A stretch of 64,000 nucleotides of DNA from an uncultured delta proteobacterium. Lineage in GTDB: Bacteria > Myxococcota_A > Polyangia > Polyangiales > JAFGIB01. The notes under the pieces were generated by a model. That model was not told the origin of the DNA. It made no database searches and saw nothing but the letters and a program-made list of their open reading frames with translations. Position 1 is the stretch's first letter, and every line of letters begins with the position of its first letter. The position numbers and the translations under genes were made by a program. Location of the stretch: NCBI GenBank assembly GCA_963778655.1, contig CAVZVA010000010.1, forward strand, positions 1,600,001-1,664,000, in the 5' to 3' direction. Of the stretch, positions 53,320 to 63,248 are shown piece after piece.

Positions 53320-55017
53320 ATGCACGCCGACCCCAGCGACTCCCGGCTCCACAGCGCGTTCGCGCTCGCGATCTGCGCCTTCGCGTATCTCTACGTCTTT
53401 CCCTACCAGGCGCGCATCAACAACCCCAACGAGAACGTCCGCTTCTACATGACCGCGGCGCTGGTGGAGCAGGGTCGCTACGAGATCGACGCGATGCACG
53501 CGCGCTTCGGCTGGGTCAACGACGCGGCCCGCCACGCCGGCCACGAGTACAGCGTGAAGGCGCCCGGCACCAGCCTGCTCGCGGTGCCCGGCTATGCGCT
53601 CTACCTGGGCACGGCCCGCCTGCTCGGGCGCCCCTACGACCGTACCGAAGCGCTGTGGGCGTGCCGGCTGTTCGCCTCCATCCTGCCCACGCTGCTGTGG
53701 CTGTTCTGGTTGCACCGCTGGCTCAGCCGGCGTGGCTACCATCCGGTGCTGCGCGACGCGGTCTTCTTTTCGGTCGCGCTCGGCTCGCTGCTCTACGGCT
53801 ACGGCATGCTGATGGTCAGCCACACGTTGAGCGCGGTCAGCGCGTTCGGCGCGTTCATGCTGCTGTGCGATGTGCGCGAGCGCGCCGAGCCCTGCCCGCC
53901 GCTGCGCGCGGCGCTTGCGGGCTTGCTGGCGGCGGCGACCACGCTATTCGAGTACCCGGGCCTGCCGGCCTCGGTCGTGCTCACGCTCTACGCCCTGTAC
54001 GTGCTGCGTCCGCGCGGTGGCCTGCGCGCGATCTCGGCTTACGCCGCCGGCGGGCTGCTGCCGGCGCTGGCGATGATGCACTTCCAGTGGCGCGCGTTCG
54101 GCAATCCCTTCACGCCCGGCCACCTGATGGTCGAGAATCCGGCGTTTCGCCACGCGCTCGAGCAGGGCTTCTATGGTGCGGTCGGCCCCAGCCTGCAGGC
54201 GCTGTACGGCCTGCTGCTCGATCCGGGCGCCGGGCTTTTTCCGCTCACCCCGGTGCTGCTGCTTTCGCCGCTGGGCCTGTGGCTGCTGTGGCGCGAACGC
54301 CCGCGCCGTCCCGAGGCGCTGTGCGTGCTCGGCGTGAGCGTGCTCACGATTCTCGCGATCTCCTCGATGAACAACTGGCGTGGCGGCTGGACCATCGGCC
54401 CGCGCTACCTCGCGCTGTGCGTGCCGTTTCTGGCCTGGGTCGCCCTGATCGGGCTCGAGCGCTGGGCCGAACGCTTCGAGCCTCACGTGCTCGCGCTCGC
54501 GCTGGGCGCGATGCTCACCGCCATGCTCGCCTCGGGCGTGCCTTCGGCGTACTACCCCCACCTGCCGCCCGAGCTGACGCGCCCCCTGCCGCAGCTGTTC
54601 GCCGTGCTGATCGCGCACGGCTACGCGCCGCCCAACGCCGGCGCGTGGCTAGGCATCTATGGCAGCGCGTCCATGCTGCCGCTGGCCGCGGCGGCGTTCT
54701 GCGCGCTGCTGCTCTGCCTGCGCGCGGTCGCCGGCGTGCGCGCGCGGCTGCTGCTGCTGGTCGCCGCGCTGCTGATCGGCGCCTGCCTGAGCCTGCCGCT
54801 GTTCATGCGGCCCGAGCTCGAGCCGGGCGTGCCGCAGGCGGTGGCGTTCATCACCCGTCACTTCAGCCCCGAGGGCCACGACCGAGCGGCGCGCCTGCGC
54901 GCTACCCTGCGCGCGCGGAAGGAGGTGCGCGAGCAGGACCTCAGGCGACTGGCCGAGCTGTATCTGGCCGAGGGCCGCGTGCAGGAAGCCGCGCGCGCGC
55001 GCGGCGGCGAGCTGTGA
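53320..55017 (+). CDS. Polytopic membrane protein, GT-C (ArnT/PMT-like) glycosyltransferase candidate
   Basis: One TM, then loop NNPNENVRF..YSVKAPGTSLLAVP, many further TMs, GGWTIGPRYL. Confidence 0.6.
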   Translation: MHADPSDSRLHSAFALAICAFAYLYVFPYQARINNPNENVRFYMTAALVEQGRYEIDAMHARFGWVNDAARHAGHEYSVKAPGTSLLAVPGYALYLGTARLLGRPYDRTEALWACRLFASILPTLLWLFWLHRWLSRRGYHPVLRDAVFFSVALGSLLYGYGMLMVSHTLSAVSAFGAFMLLCDVRERAEPCPPLRAALAGLLAAATTLFEYPGLPASVVLTLYALYVLRPRGGLRAISAYAAGGLLPALAMMHFQWRAFGNPFTPGHLMVENPAFRHALEQGFYGAVGPSLQALYGLLLDPGAGLFPLTPVLLLSPLGLWLLWRERPRRPEALCVLGVSVLTILAISSMNNWRGGWTIGPRYLALCVPFLAWVALIGLERWAERFEPHVLALALGAMLTAMLASGVPSAYYPHLPPELTRPLPQLFAVLIAHGYAPPNAGAWLGIYGSASMLPLAAAAFCALLLCLRAVAGVRARLLLLVAALLIGACLSLPLFMRPELEPGVPQAVAFITRHFSPEGHDRAARLRATLRARKEVREQDLRRLAELYLAEGRVQEAARARGGEL

Positions 55018-55098
55018 GCGGCCGCACCGGGGGCGCAAGCCCTTGCGCGCCCGTCCGCACGTCTTACATCCTGCAGCGCTGGCAAAGGAGACCGATCC

Positions 55099-56025
55099 AT
55101 GCACGACTTCGCTTCAGATCGCCCCACCTCGCGCCGCCACGCGGCGCGCTTGCCCGAGCGCCTTTGGCGTGGCGGGCTTGCCCTGGCTTTGCTGCTCGCG
55201 GCTGCCCGCGTCGCGCACGCACAGCCCGAGCCCCCGAAGGTGTTCGACGAGAAGGCCCCGTACAAGGCTCCCAACGAAGATGTGACCACGCTTGCGGCCT
55301 CGCTGGGCGGCACGCTCAACACCGGCAACACGCGCACCTGGCAGCTCAACCTCGGCAGCGATCTGCTGCTGGTGCGCATGCCCCACTCGCTCACGGCGAT
55401 GGTGGTCTTCGCCTACGGCCAGGCCGATCTGCCGAACGACAACCAGAAGAAGCTGCAGACCACGATCAAGAACCTACGCAGCAAGGCTCGCTACGACTTC
55501 TTCCTGACGCGCATGGACGCGCTGTTCGCCGCCGCGGCGTTTCGCTGGGACCAGCTCGCCGGGCTCGACGCGCGGGTCCAGGGCGAGCTCGGCTACTTGC
55601 GCTACTTCTACCGCAGCGAGAAGCACAGGTTCTGGGGTGAGGTCGGCTACGACCTGACCTATGACGATTACCATCCGCTGCCCAACCCCGACTACATGGT
55701 CGACGCGATGGGTAATCCAGTGGACCGGACCGTGCCCGAGCTCACATCCGGCGGAACCAAGGTCATCCACTCGGGCCGCGTGTTCGTCGGTTACGACAAT
55801 CGCCTGACCGAGGCGGTCACCTATCTGGGCGGCGTGGAAACCCTGCTCGACGTGGAGCAGGCGCGCAACGTGCGCCTCAACATCGACAATGCCGTGCGGT
55901 CCAAGCTCGGCGGCAACTTCCAGCTCGAGCTCAAGGTCAGCCTGCAATGGGCGAATGTGCCCGCCCCCGGCGCGCGCAAGCTGGACACGCAGAGCATGAT
56001 CAACCTCATCTACAACCTGATCTGA
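55099..56025 (+). CDS. DUF481 family outer membrane protein
   Basis: AAGGAG RBS; signal peptide ending AHA; GGTLNTGNTRT, KARYDFFL, PAPGARKLDTQSMINLIYNLI. Confidence 0.8.
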   Translation: MHDFASDRPTSRRHAARLPERLWRGGLALALLLAAARVAHAQPEPPKVFDEKAPYKAPNEDVTTLAASLGGTLNTGNTRTWQLNLGSDLLLVRMPHSLTAMVVFAYGQADLPNDNQKKLQTTIKNLRSKARYDFFLTRMDALFAAAAFRWDQLAGLDARVQGELGYLRYFYRSEKHRFWGEVGYDLTYDDYHPLPNPDYMVDAMGNPVDRTVPELTSGGTKVIHSGRVFVGYDNRLTEAVTYLGGVETLLDVEQARNVRLNIDNAVRSKLGGNFQLELKVSLQWANVPAPGARKLDTQSMINLIYNLI

Positions 56026-56151
56026 CCGACTCGGCACCCGCACGGCCGCGCAGCGCTCTACGCACGGAGGGCAGCGAGGCACGTGCTATCCCCAAATTAG
56101 GACGCCCGTGGTGCCGGTCGCATCCTGTCTCCGTTGGTGTAGGATGACTCC

Positions 56152-56871
56152 GTGATCGCGCTCGCCTACATGGCCGTGGTCTTCAAGCTGTGGATGTTGT
56201 TCGACGCCACGCGCCGGCGTGTGCATGCGTTGTGGTATCTCGCGCTGCTGGTGCCGCTGGGCGATGTGGTCTACTTCTTCGCCGTCAAGCTGCGCGACTT
56301 CAACGTCTATCCAGCCCGTCCCGCGGCGTCGCTGCAGCTGCTGGAAGTCGAGCGCGAGGCCGAGCAATCGCCCAGTTTTCGCAACCGCGTGCGGGCCGCG
56401 TGGGCGTTGCTCGAGCAGGAACGCCCCGAGCACGCGCAACGTTACTTCGAGCTGGCGCTCGGATCGCACCCCGACGACAAGGAGGCGTGCTTCGGGCTCG
56501 GGCTTTGTCAGCTCGGGCAAGGGCAGTGGGCTGCTACGGCCGCCACGCTTGGCCCGCTGGTGGAGCGTAGCCTTGCATTTCAGGACTACGAGGCGGCGCT
56601 CGCCCTGGCCGAGGCGGCGTTTCGCGACCGTCGCGCCGCGGCCAGCTACGCGCTGCTGCAGCGCGTGATCGACGACAGCCACCGGCTCGAGCACCGGCTG
56701 TTGCTGGCGCGCTACCAGCTGCGTGCGGGTGCGCGGTCCGAGGCGCTGGCCACGCTGCAGACCGCGTTGCACGCGTTCGAGGCCAAGCCGGAGCTCGAGC
56801 GCCGCCGCGAAGGTGCGATCGCGACCCAGGCTCGCAGCCTGCTGCGCACTCTCGAGCAGCAGCCTGGCTGA
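56152..56871 (+). CDS. Membrane-anchored TPR protein
   Basis: Two N-terminal TMs, then PSFRNRV and TPR helices. Confidence 0.75.
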   Translation: MIALAYMAVVFKLWMLFDATRRRVHALWYLALLVPLGDVVYFFAVKLRDFNVYPARPAASLQLLEVEREAEQSPSFRNRVRAAWALLEQERPEHAQRYFELALGSHPDDKEACFGLGLCQLGQGQWAATAATLGPLVERSLAFQDYEAALALAEAAFRDRRAAASYALLQRVIDDSHRLEHRLLLARYQLRAGARSEALATLQTALHAFEAKPELERRREGAIATQARSLLRTLEQQPG

Positions 56872-56978
56872 GCGCGCAGGCCCAGCCACGCAAAACCCTG
56901 CCTATTGAAATCTGCGGGGGAAAGTGCGACACGGGCGCTCGTTGTTGAAGCGCCCGGGCGGCGCCGAAAGGAACGCGC

Positions 56979-59233
56979 ATGTCGTTGGCAAAGAGGCCGC
57001 TTGCCGCCGCTGCGGCGATCGCTTTCGTAGTTACGATCGGCTGGCTTCCCGACAACGCCGAAGGGCAAGGCTTTCAGGGCTCCGCGCAGTTTGGCGCGAC
57101 GACCGGATCAACACCGGCGGAAACCGGGCAGGCCGCGCCCACGCCGCCCCCCACGGCGACGGCCGCGCCAGCTCCAGCGCCCGCCGCGCCGGCTCCAGCG
57201 CCCATGCCCGCTGCGGCGCCCGTGCCCGCTGCGGCTCCAGCGCCTGCCGCGGCTCCCGCGGCCGCCGCCGCGGCTCCCGCCGCCGGCGCCGCGACTCCCG
57301 CGGCCGCCGCCGTCGGCGCCGCGGCTCCCGCGGCCGCCGCCCCTCCGCCTCCGACGGGCCGCGACGCTCAACCGTGGGACCTGACCCACCGCGCCTACAA
57401 CACCTGGGGCGGCAGCACCGGCGGCATCTTCATCGTGGACCCGGGCATGGCGGAGCCCGGCTCGGTGCGCGTCCAGCTCGGCCTGGATACCTATTCGGGC
57501 GGCAGCTTCCTCTACGACGGCGATAGCGTGGAGCAGGACCGCCAGGCGCTCTCGGTCAGCTGGACCGCGCTCGATCTGCTCGAGATCTACGCCGGGTTGC
57601 AGAACAGCGCCACGGTGGCGACCTTGCCCAAGCAGAACTCGCCCTACTCCTTCGGCGACGCGTCGCTCGGCGTGAAGCTGGTGGGACGGCCGGGCAGCCT
57701 GTGGCGCGTGGGCGGTGGGCTTGGCCTGCTGCTGCAAGGCGATGTCGCGGCCAAGAAGACCGTGTTCAACGCGACCAGCATCGACCTTTCGGGCGACGCC
57801 GCGCTCGACCTCCAGGGGCTCGACGAGCCCGTCCCCTTCATCGCGCGCTTCAACGTCGACTACTTGTTCGACAACAGCGCCAACGTGCTCGGCGACGTGG
57901 AGAAGGAGCGCTACGCGAGCCTGCTCAACCCGGCATTGATGCAGAACGAGACGCGCAACCTGATCACGCGCGTGGAGCGCTACGGCCTGGCCGTCAATCG
58001 GGTCGATATGTTCACGCTGGGTCTCGGCTTCGAGGTGCCGCTGCAGCTCGCCGACGACTTCTTCTTGCATCCTTTGCTCGACTACCGCTTCGGCATTCCG
58101 ATCAACCGCCAGGGCTACGACTGCGCCTACCACTCCAAGGATCGCACGCGCGGCACCAACTCGCCCAACGCCGACGACACCTGTCTGGACGACGCGGGCG
58201 CCAAGGCCTGGCCGATGAGCATCGCCTTCGGCGCGCGCATCGTGCCCCCGGTGCATGGCCTGTCGGCGTTGCTCGCCGCCGAGTTCGCGCTTTCTGGCAG
58301 CGACACCTTCGTGCGCGAGCTCGCACCCATCTCGCCCTTCCGCATCATCGTGGCGCTGGGCTTCGACTACGACGCGCGGCCGCCGCCTCCGCCCCCCCCG
58401 CCGCCTCCGCCCCGCCCCCGCCGCCTCCAGTGAAGGGCAGGCTGCTCGGTCACGTGGCCGACCAGGCCTCGGGCCAGCCGGTCGCGGGCGCGGTCGTGCG
58501 CATCGCCGCCTCCAGCCTGACGCCACTGGCGACCGATGAGGGCGGCAACTTCATCAGCTACGAGCTCGATCCGGGCGACTTCGAGCTCGAGATCAGCCAG
58601 CCCGAGTACGAGCCGCGTCGCTGTGCCGGCACCATCCCGCCGGCGGGCGGCGACGTCGCGATCAACTGCACCCTGGCGGAGCTGCCGATCACGGGCAGCG
58701 TCAAGGGCAGCGTGCACGACCAGTACGGCGCGAGCGTCGCGGGGGCCCGCATCCTGCTGACCGGTCCGACCGCGCAGAGCCTCACCACCGGTCCCAACGG
58801 CGAGTTCAGCGCCAGCGAGCTGATGCCGGGCGACTACAGCGCGCTGATCGAGTCCGACCCCTATTTCACGCGCACCGCCCACTTCAGCGTGCAGACCCGC
58901 CAGCAGACCGCGGTCGAGATCGCGCTGGTGTTGCGGCCGGCCAAGCCCAGCATTCAGCTCAAGGGCAAGGAGATCCGCTCCAAGGCGCTGACGTTCCCGC
59001 CGGACTCGGTGGAGCTCGGCCCGGGGGCCGCCCAGGCTGTGGCCGAGATCGCGGATCTGTTGCTGCGGACGCCGACCATGCGTGTTCGGATCCAGGGAGA
59101 CGGGGGTGACGCCCTGGCCCTGACCCGCGCGCTGGCGCTCAAGCAGCGTCTGGTAGAAGCCGGCGTGCCCGACGGGCGCATCGACGCTGCCAGCGAACCG
59201 GCCAAGAGCGTGACCATCACGGTCGAGGAGTGA
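56979..59233 (+). CDS. Outer membrane barrel + two carboxypeptidase-regulatory-like domains + degenerate OmpA-like domain; frameshift in poly-Pro at 58392-58418
   Basis: ORF 56979..58433 (signal peptide, barrel ending LGFDYD, poly-Pro) continues in ORF 57701..59233 (PPVKGRLLGHVAD..PVAGAVV; GSVKGSVHD; RALALKQRLVEAGVPDGRI). Confidence 0.8.
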
Positions 59234-59360
59234 GCCGCGCTACGTGGAGCCCGCTGCGCGCGGGCTGAGCGTCGTGGATAGCCCGGCGGGTCCTCGATTC
59301 GCTCGTGTCGCGTGCCCGGCTGGCTTGTCACGCCGGCCGGGAGTTGGCATGCTCCGCGCC

Positions 59361-59843
59361 ATGCGAGCTCGGCTCTTCCCGGTCACGGCCCTGACATGGG
59401 TCGCTCTTTGTCTGCCCCTGCTCTCCGCAGCGGGCTGTGCCTACGGCGAGGTCCGCCAGGTGATCCGCGCGCAGTTCGCCTCGGAGCTGAACTGTCCCGA
59501 GGTCACGCTGAAGCATCGCGCCCTGTGGTACGTGTCCGACAGTCCTGATCAGTACCTGGTCACCGGCTGCGGCGTGGTGCGCACCTACAGCTGTCCCAAC
59601 GTCTCGGGCCTGGTCTCGTACGACACGCCGCCTTGCACCTACGTCAACGGCAACGCCGACGCACCCAAGCGGGCTGTCCTGGCCCCCGAGGAGGACACGT
59701 CCGACACCAGCGGCGGCGCGGCGCCCGAGCCTGAGCCGGCGAAGAGCGACACGGCCACGAAGCCTGGCACGGCCGCTCCCGGGAAATCCAAGCCGGCCGA
59801 AGAGACGCCCGAGGCGACGCCAGGCGACGACGACGCGCTGTAG
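59361..59843 (+). CDS. Hypothetical lipoprotein
   Basis: Lipobox AAGC; FASELNCPE..YLVTGCG..YSC; acidic Pro-rich tail. Confidence 0.7.
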   Translation: MRARLFPVTALTWVALCLPLLSAAGCAYGEVRQVIRAQFASELNCPEVTLKHRALWYVSDSPDQYLVTGCGVVRTYSCPNVSGLVSYDTPPCTYVNGNADAPKRAVLAPEEDTSDTSGGAAPEPEPAKSDTATKPGTAAPGKSKPAEETPEATPGDDDAL

Positions 59844-59956
59844 GCCCCGGCTCACGCGCGCCGTGCTCGGCGCGCTCGTCCGTGGCGCGGCGCGCCGCCG
59901 GCTTGCCCTCGCGAGTTGATCGCGGCGTTCCGATCGATCACGGTGGAGCCAGGGCG

Positions 59957-60910
59957 ATGAGAACGAGCGACCAGACCCAGCACCGGCTCGAGCAGATCGT
60001 CGATCGGGTGGCGGCCAGCTATGCGCTGGGCCGCCCCATCGACAACCTGGAGAGCACCGCGCTGCCCAACAAGCGCAAGGTCGTCGACGCGATCGCGGAG
60101 CTCGAGCATGTGGCGTACATGGGGTTCTACTCCACGCGCGTGCTCAGCCCGATCAACCTGCGCCAGCACCTCGGCGAGCACCTGCACCGCGCCGCTGAGT
60201 GCCTGATCGAGCAGGTCGCGCGCGCGGTGAGCTACCAGCGCCACGGCGCCGGCTCGCCCGGCGCAGCCGAGCTCGCTTTCGGGGAGGAGGTGGTCATGGA
60301 CACCTTCGCCCAGATCCCGCGCTTGCGCGAGCAGCTCGCGCTCGACGTCGAAGCGGCTTATGGCGGCGACCCGGCGGCCAAGAGTATCGAAGAGGTGGTG
60401 TTCAGCTACCCTGCGATTCAGGCGATCACGATCTACCGGCTGGCCCACGAGCTGCACGTGCGCGGCGCGCCCATGGTGCCACGCATCATGGCCGAGCACG
60501 CACACGGCAGGACCGGCATCGAGATCCATCCCGGCGCGGTGATCGGGCGCAGCTTCTTCATCGACCACGGCACGGGGGTGGTGATCGGCGAGACCGCGGT
60601 GATCGGCGATAACGTCAAGCTCTACCAGGGCGTCACCCTGGGCGCGCTCTCGATCGCGCGCGACGAAGCCGGCGACGTGATCCGGGAGGTCCGCCGCCAT
60701 CCGACGATCGAAGACGACGTCACGATCTATGCCGGCGCCACCATCCTCGGCGGCGCCACGGTGATCGGGCGCGGCTCGGTGATCGGCTCCAACACCTGGA
60801 TCACCAAGTCGGTGCCGCCGGGCACCCGCGTCACCTATACCGCGATCGCCGAAAACGGCGACAGCCACCAGCGCTTCGAGACCACGCCCCCGCCCAAGGA
60901 TGGCGGGTGA
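59957..60910 (+). CDS. cysE: Serine O-acetyltransferase
   Basis: GDPAAKS..SYP, YRLAHEL, TGIEIHPGAVIG, FIDHGTGVVIGET, LYQGVTLGA, RHPTIED. Confidence 0.95.
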   Translation: MRTSDQTQHRLEQIVDRVAASYALGRPIDNLESTALPNKRKVVDAIAELEHVAYMGFYSTRVLSPINLRQHLGEHLHRAAECLIEQVARAVSYQRHGAGSPGAAELAFGEEVVMDTFAQIPRLREQLALDVEAAYGGDPAAKSIEEVVFSYPAIQAITIYRLAHELHVRGAPMVPRIMAEHAHGRTGIEIHPGAVIGRSFFIDHGTGVVIGETAVIGDNVKLYQGVTLGALSIARDEAGDVIREVRRHPTIEDDVTIYAGATILGGATVIGRGSVIGSNTWITKSVPPGTRVTYTAIAENGDSHQRFETTPPPKDGG

Positions 60911-60919
60911 GGACGTGAA

Positions 60920-61074
60920 ACAGGAAGTCGGGAACTCGGGAAGCCGGGCTGTTCGGCAATGGCCGCTCCCACACTGCTTGCGGCGAGCGTCCAGCTCTTG
61001 CTGAAGCGAAGCTCTTCCGGCCTTCCCGCCTTCCTGTGATCCGGAAGGCGATGCAACCCTCGAGACGGTAGGGT
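60920..61074 (+). other. Structured intergenic element between convergent genes (candidate sRNA or bidirectional terminator)
   Basis: 60920-34 pairs with 61023-37 (14 of 15), with nested stems inside; an alternative perfect stem forms at 61027-34/61043-50. Confidence 0.5.
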
Positions 61075-61088
61075 CCGGACGGTCATCG

Positions 61089-61796
61089 TCAGGCCTGGCC
61101 GCGGGCGCGGTGGGCGCGGCGGGCGGCCGACTTGCTGGCGCTGGCCTCGAGCGCGTCCAGGTCGCGCAGCAGCGCCTCGAGCGCGGCCAGCACGCGGCCG
61201 ACGCGGGCCTCGGTCAGGCCCTCGACCTCGGGCAGCAGGCCCTGCAGCTTGTGGGCCGCGGCGCGCGTCCTGCGCAGCTGCTCGAGGGCTTCGCTCTGCT
61301 CGGGCTTGGGGCGCAGCACCGGATCGAAGCGCTCGCGCAGCTCGCGCACGCTGTTGCCCTCGTCGAAGACCGCGCTGCGCAGCTGCTGCACCAGCTCGTC
61401 GGGGGCGTCCAGGCGTCGAAACGGTCCGGGCTTGTCCTCGCTGCCGAGCGCGCGGTTGAAGTAGTCGACCGCGTCGATCGACGGAATGTCGCGCGCCACG
61501 CCGTCGCGCTTGAGCACCTCGGGCGCGTGGCGCTCGACCGTGGACAGCGAGAGCAACAGCTTGTCGGCGGTGGCCGGTTTGATCGCGAGCTCCCTGGCGC
61601 AGTACTCGTGCAGGTCGCCGTAGCCCCAAGTCACGTAGGCCTGGTTCTTGTGCACACGCGCCAGCGCTTCGGCGAGCTCCACCCACGAACGCTTGAAGCG
61701 CTGCGCACGCTTGACCAGGTCGAGCCGCTCCGGGTCGTCACCGGTGCGTTCCAACATCTGCTCCAGCGCATCGAGCTTGCGGTTGCTCCGAGCCAT
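61089..61796 (-). CDS. Helical hypothetical protein
   Basis: Plausible globular composition (AQRFKRSWVELAEAL..WGYGDLHEYCARELAIKPATADKL); 9 bp downstream of the DUF2520 gene. Confidence 0.75.
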   Translation of the reverse strand: MARSNRKLDALEQMLERTGDDPERLDLVKRAQRFKRSWVELAEALARVHKNQAYVTWGYGDLHEYCARELAIKPATADKLLLSLSTVERHAPEVLKRDGVARDIPSIDAVDYFNRALGSEDKPGPFRRLDAPDELVQQLRSAVFDEGNSVRELRERFDPVLRPKPEQSEALEQLRRTRAAAHKLQGLLPEVEGLTEARVGRVLAALEALLRDLDALEASASKSAARRAHRARGQA

Positions 61797-61805
61797 CGCG
61801 CGGCC

Positions 61806-62654
61806 TTATACCACGTCGCGCAGCAGCGCCTCGAGCCCGGCCCGCTGCTCGGCCGAAAGCGCCAGCGGTAGCGCGAGCAGCGCGGCGCTCAGCCGGCGAT
61901 AGAGCTCGCGCAGCTCGGGCGCGGGCGCGAGCGCGTGCAGGTGTAGCGCGACCGTGGGCGCGTCGCCGCGCGCGATCGGGCCGGTGAGCGCGGCCGCAAG
62001 CGGAAGCCGCTGCAGCGCCTCGGCCGCGCCCAGGGTCAGCGGCGCCAGCGCCTCGCGCGCCAGCGCCTCGGGCAGGCCCGACAGCGCCCAGGCCTGCGCC
62101 GCTGCGGCGTGCAGCGCCACCACGCAGTTGCTCGCGAGCACGGCGGCCGCGTGGTAGCTCGCGCGCTCGACCCCGTCGAGCGCCACGCTGCGCGCGCCGA
62201 GCCGTGCGCACAGCGCCTGCAGTCGAGCCTGCAGCGTGCTGTCCGCCTCGATGCCGCACACGATTCCGGCAAAGCGCGCGGGCTCGCCGAAGCGCTCGGG
62301 AAACGCCTGCAGCGGATGCAAGCAACCGCGCAGCCCGCCGGCCGCGCGTACCGGGTCCAGCACCTGCAGGCCGTGCGCGCCGCTGCAGTGCACCACCTGC
62401 TGGTCCGCCCGCCACGGCAGCCTGGCCGCCAGCGTCGCCAGCTGCGCGTCGGGAACGCACAGCCACACCAGCTCGCAGCGGGCGACCAGCGCCTCGGCGG
62501 CAAGCGGGCTTGCTCGCTGCAGGCGCCCCGCCAGGTCGGCCCCGCTCGGCGCGCCCGCGCTGGCCACGGCGTCGATGGGTTGGCCCGCGTGCTCGAGCGC
62601 GCGCGCGAGGCTGCTGCCCAGCCGCCCGGCCCCAATTATACCGACCCCCATCAT
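61806..62654 (-). CDS. Rossmann-like + DUF2520 oxidoreductase (PanG-like)
   Basis: IIGAGRLG, LCVPD, VVHCSGA, LHPLQAF, YHAAAVLASN, LTGPIARGD. Confidence 0.9.
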   Translation of the reverse strand: MMGVGIIGAGRLGSSLARALEHAGQPIDAVASAGAPSGADLAGRLQRASPLAAEALVARCELVWLCVPDAQLATLAARLPWRADQQVVHCSGAHGLQVLDPVRAAGGLRGCLHPLQAFPERFGEPARFAGIVCGIEADSTLQARLQALCARLGARSVALDGVERASYHAAAVLASNCVVALHAAAAQAWALSGLPEALAREALAPLTLGAAEALQRLPLAAALTGPIARGDAPTVALHLHALAPAPELRELYRRLSAALLALPLALSAEQRAGLEALLRDVV

Positions 62655-62851
62655 GCCGGGTGCCTGGCTGTGCGTCCCATGGGGTCGCGTTGAAATGCTT
62701 GCGGATTTACCGGCGCGCACGATTTCGCGCGGGGATCCAGACGGCGACCTGCAGGACAACGAGATGTTTCCGAAAATTTACAGCCTTGTTGTTGATCAGC
62801 GGGAATCGCGTTCGCTATCCTGATCATCTCGCGAGCCCGCGCCTTCCCCTC

Positions 62852-63211
62852 ATGGCCATGCGACGTCTCAGCTCCTACCGCGTCTTCCTGACCCGCAATA
62901 CCGAGTACCACGTGCGCGGCCACGTGTGCTTCGGGATCCGCGACCGCCGCTCGGGCTGCTGGGCTCCCCAGCACTGGGCCCTCGGCAAGCCCTTGGCGAG
63001 CGCGTTTCCCGACGCGCAGGGCCGGATGTGCAGCATCAGCTCTCCGCAGCTGGGCGAGCCGCTATGGTTGCTGACCGAAAGCGGCCCGCACCGCACCTCG
63101 CCGCTGCTGGCGATCGAGGAGCGTGCGCACCTCGAGTCGGACGTGCTCGACCCGCGCCTGCGCGCAGCGGCACAGCAGCGTCCGGCCGACTCGATCCGCG
63201 ACACCTGGTAG
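62852..63211 (+). CDS. Small hypothetical protein
   Basis: 3' part of ORF 62204..63211 from ATG 62852: RVFLTRNTEYHVRGHVCFGIRDRRSG...; follows an AT-rich divergent spacer. Confidence 0.65.
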   Translation: MAMRRLSSYRVFLTRNTEYHVRGHVCFGIRDRRSGCWAPQHWALGKPLASAFPDAQGRMCSISSPQLGEPLWLLTESGPHRTSPLLAIEERAHLESDVLDPRLRAAAQQRPADSIRDTW

Positions 63212-63248
63212 CCGGCCGGCCGCGAGCGCGCGGCGTCCCGGCTCACGA

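Noticed and set aside
60920..61060. SRP (4.5S) or 6S RNA
   Set aside because: Size and rod shape fit SRP, but the CAGG-GNRA-AGCAG motif is absent from the apex; it is too short for 6S and lacks the central bubble.
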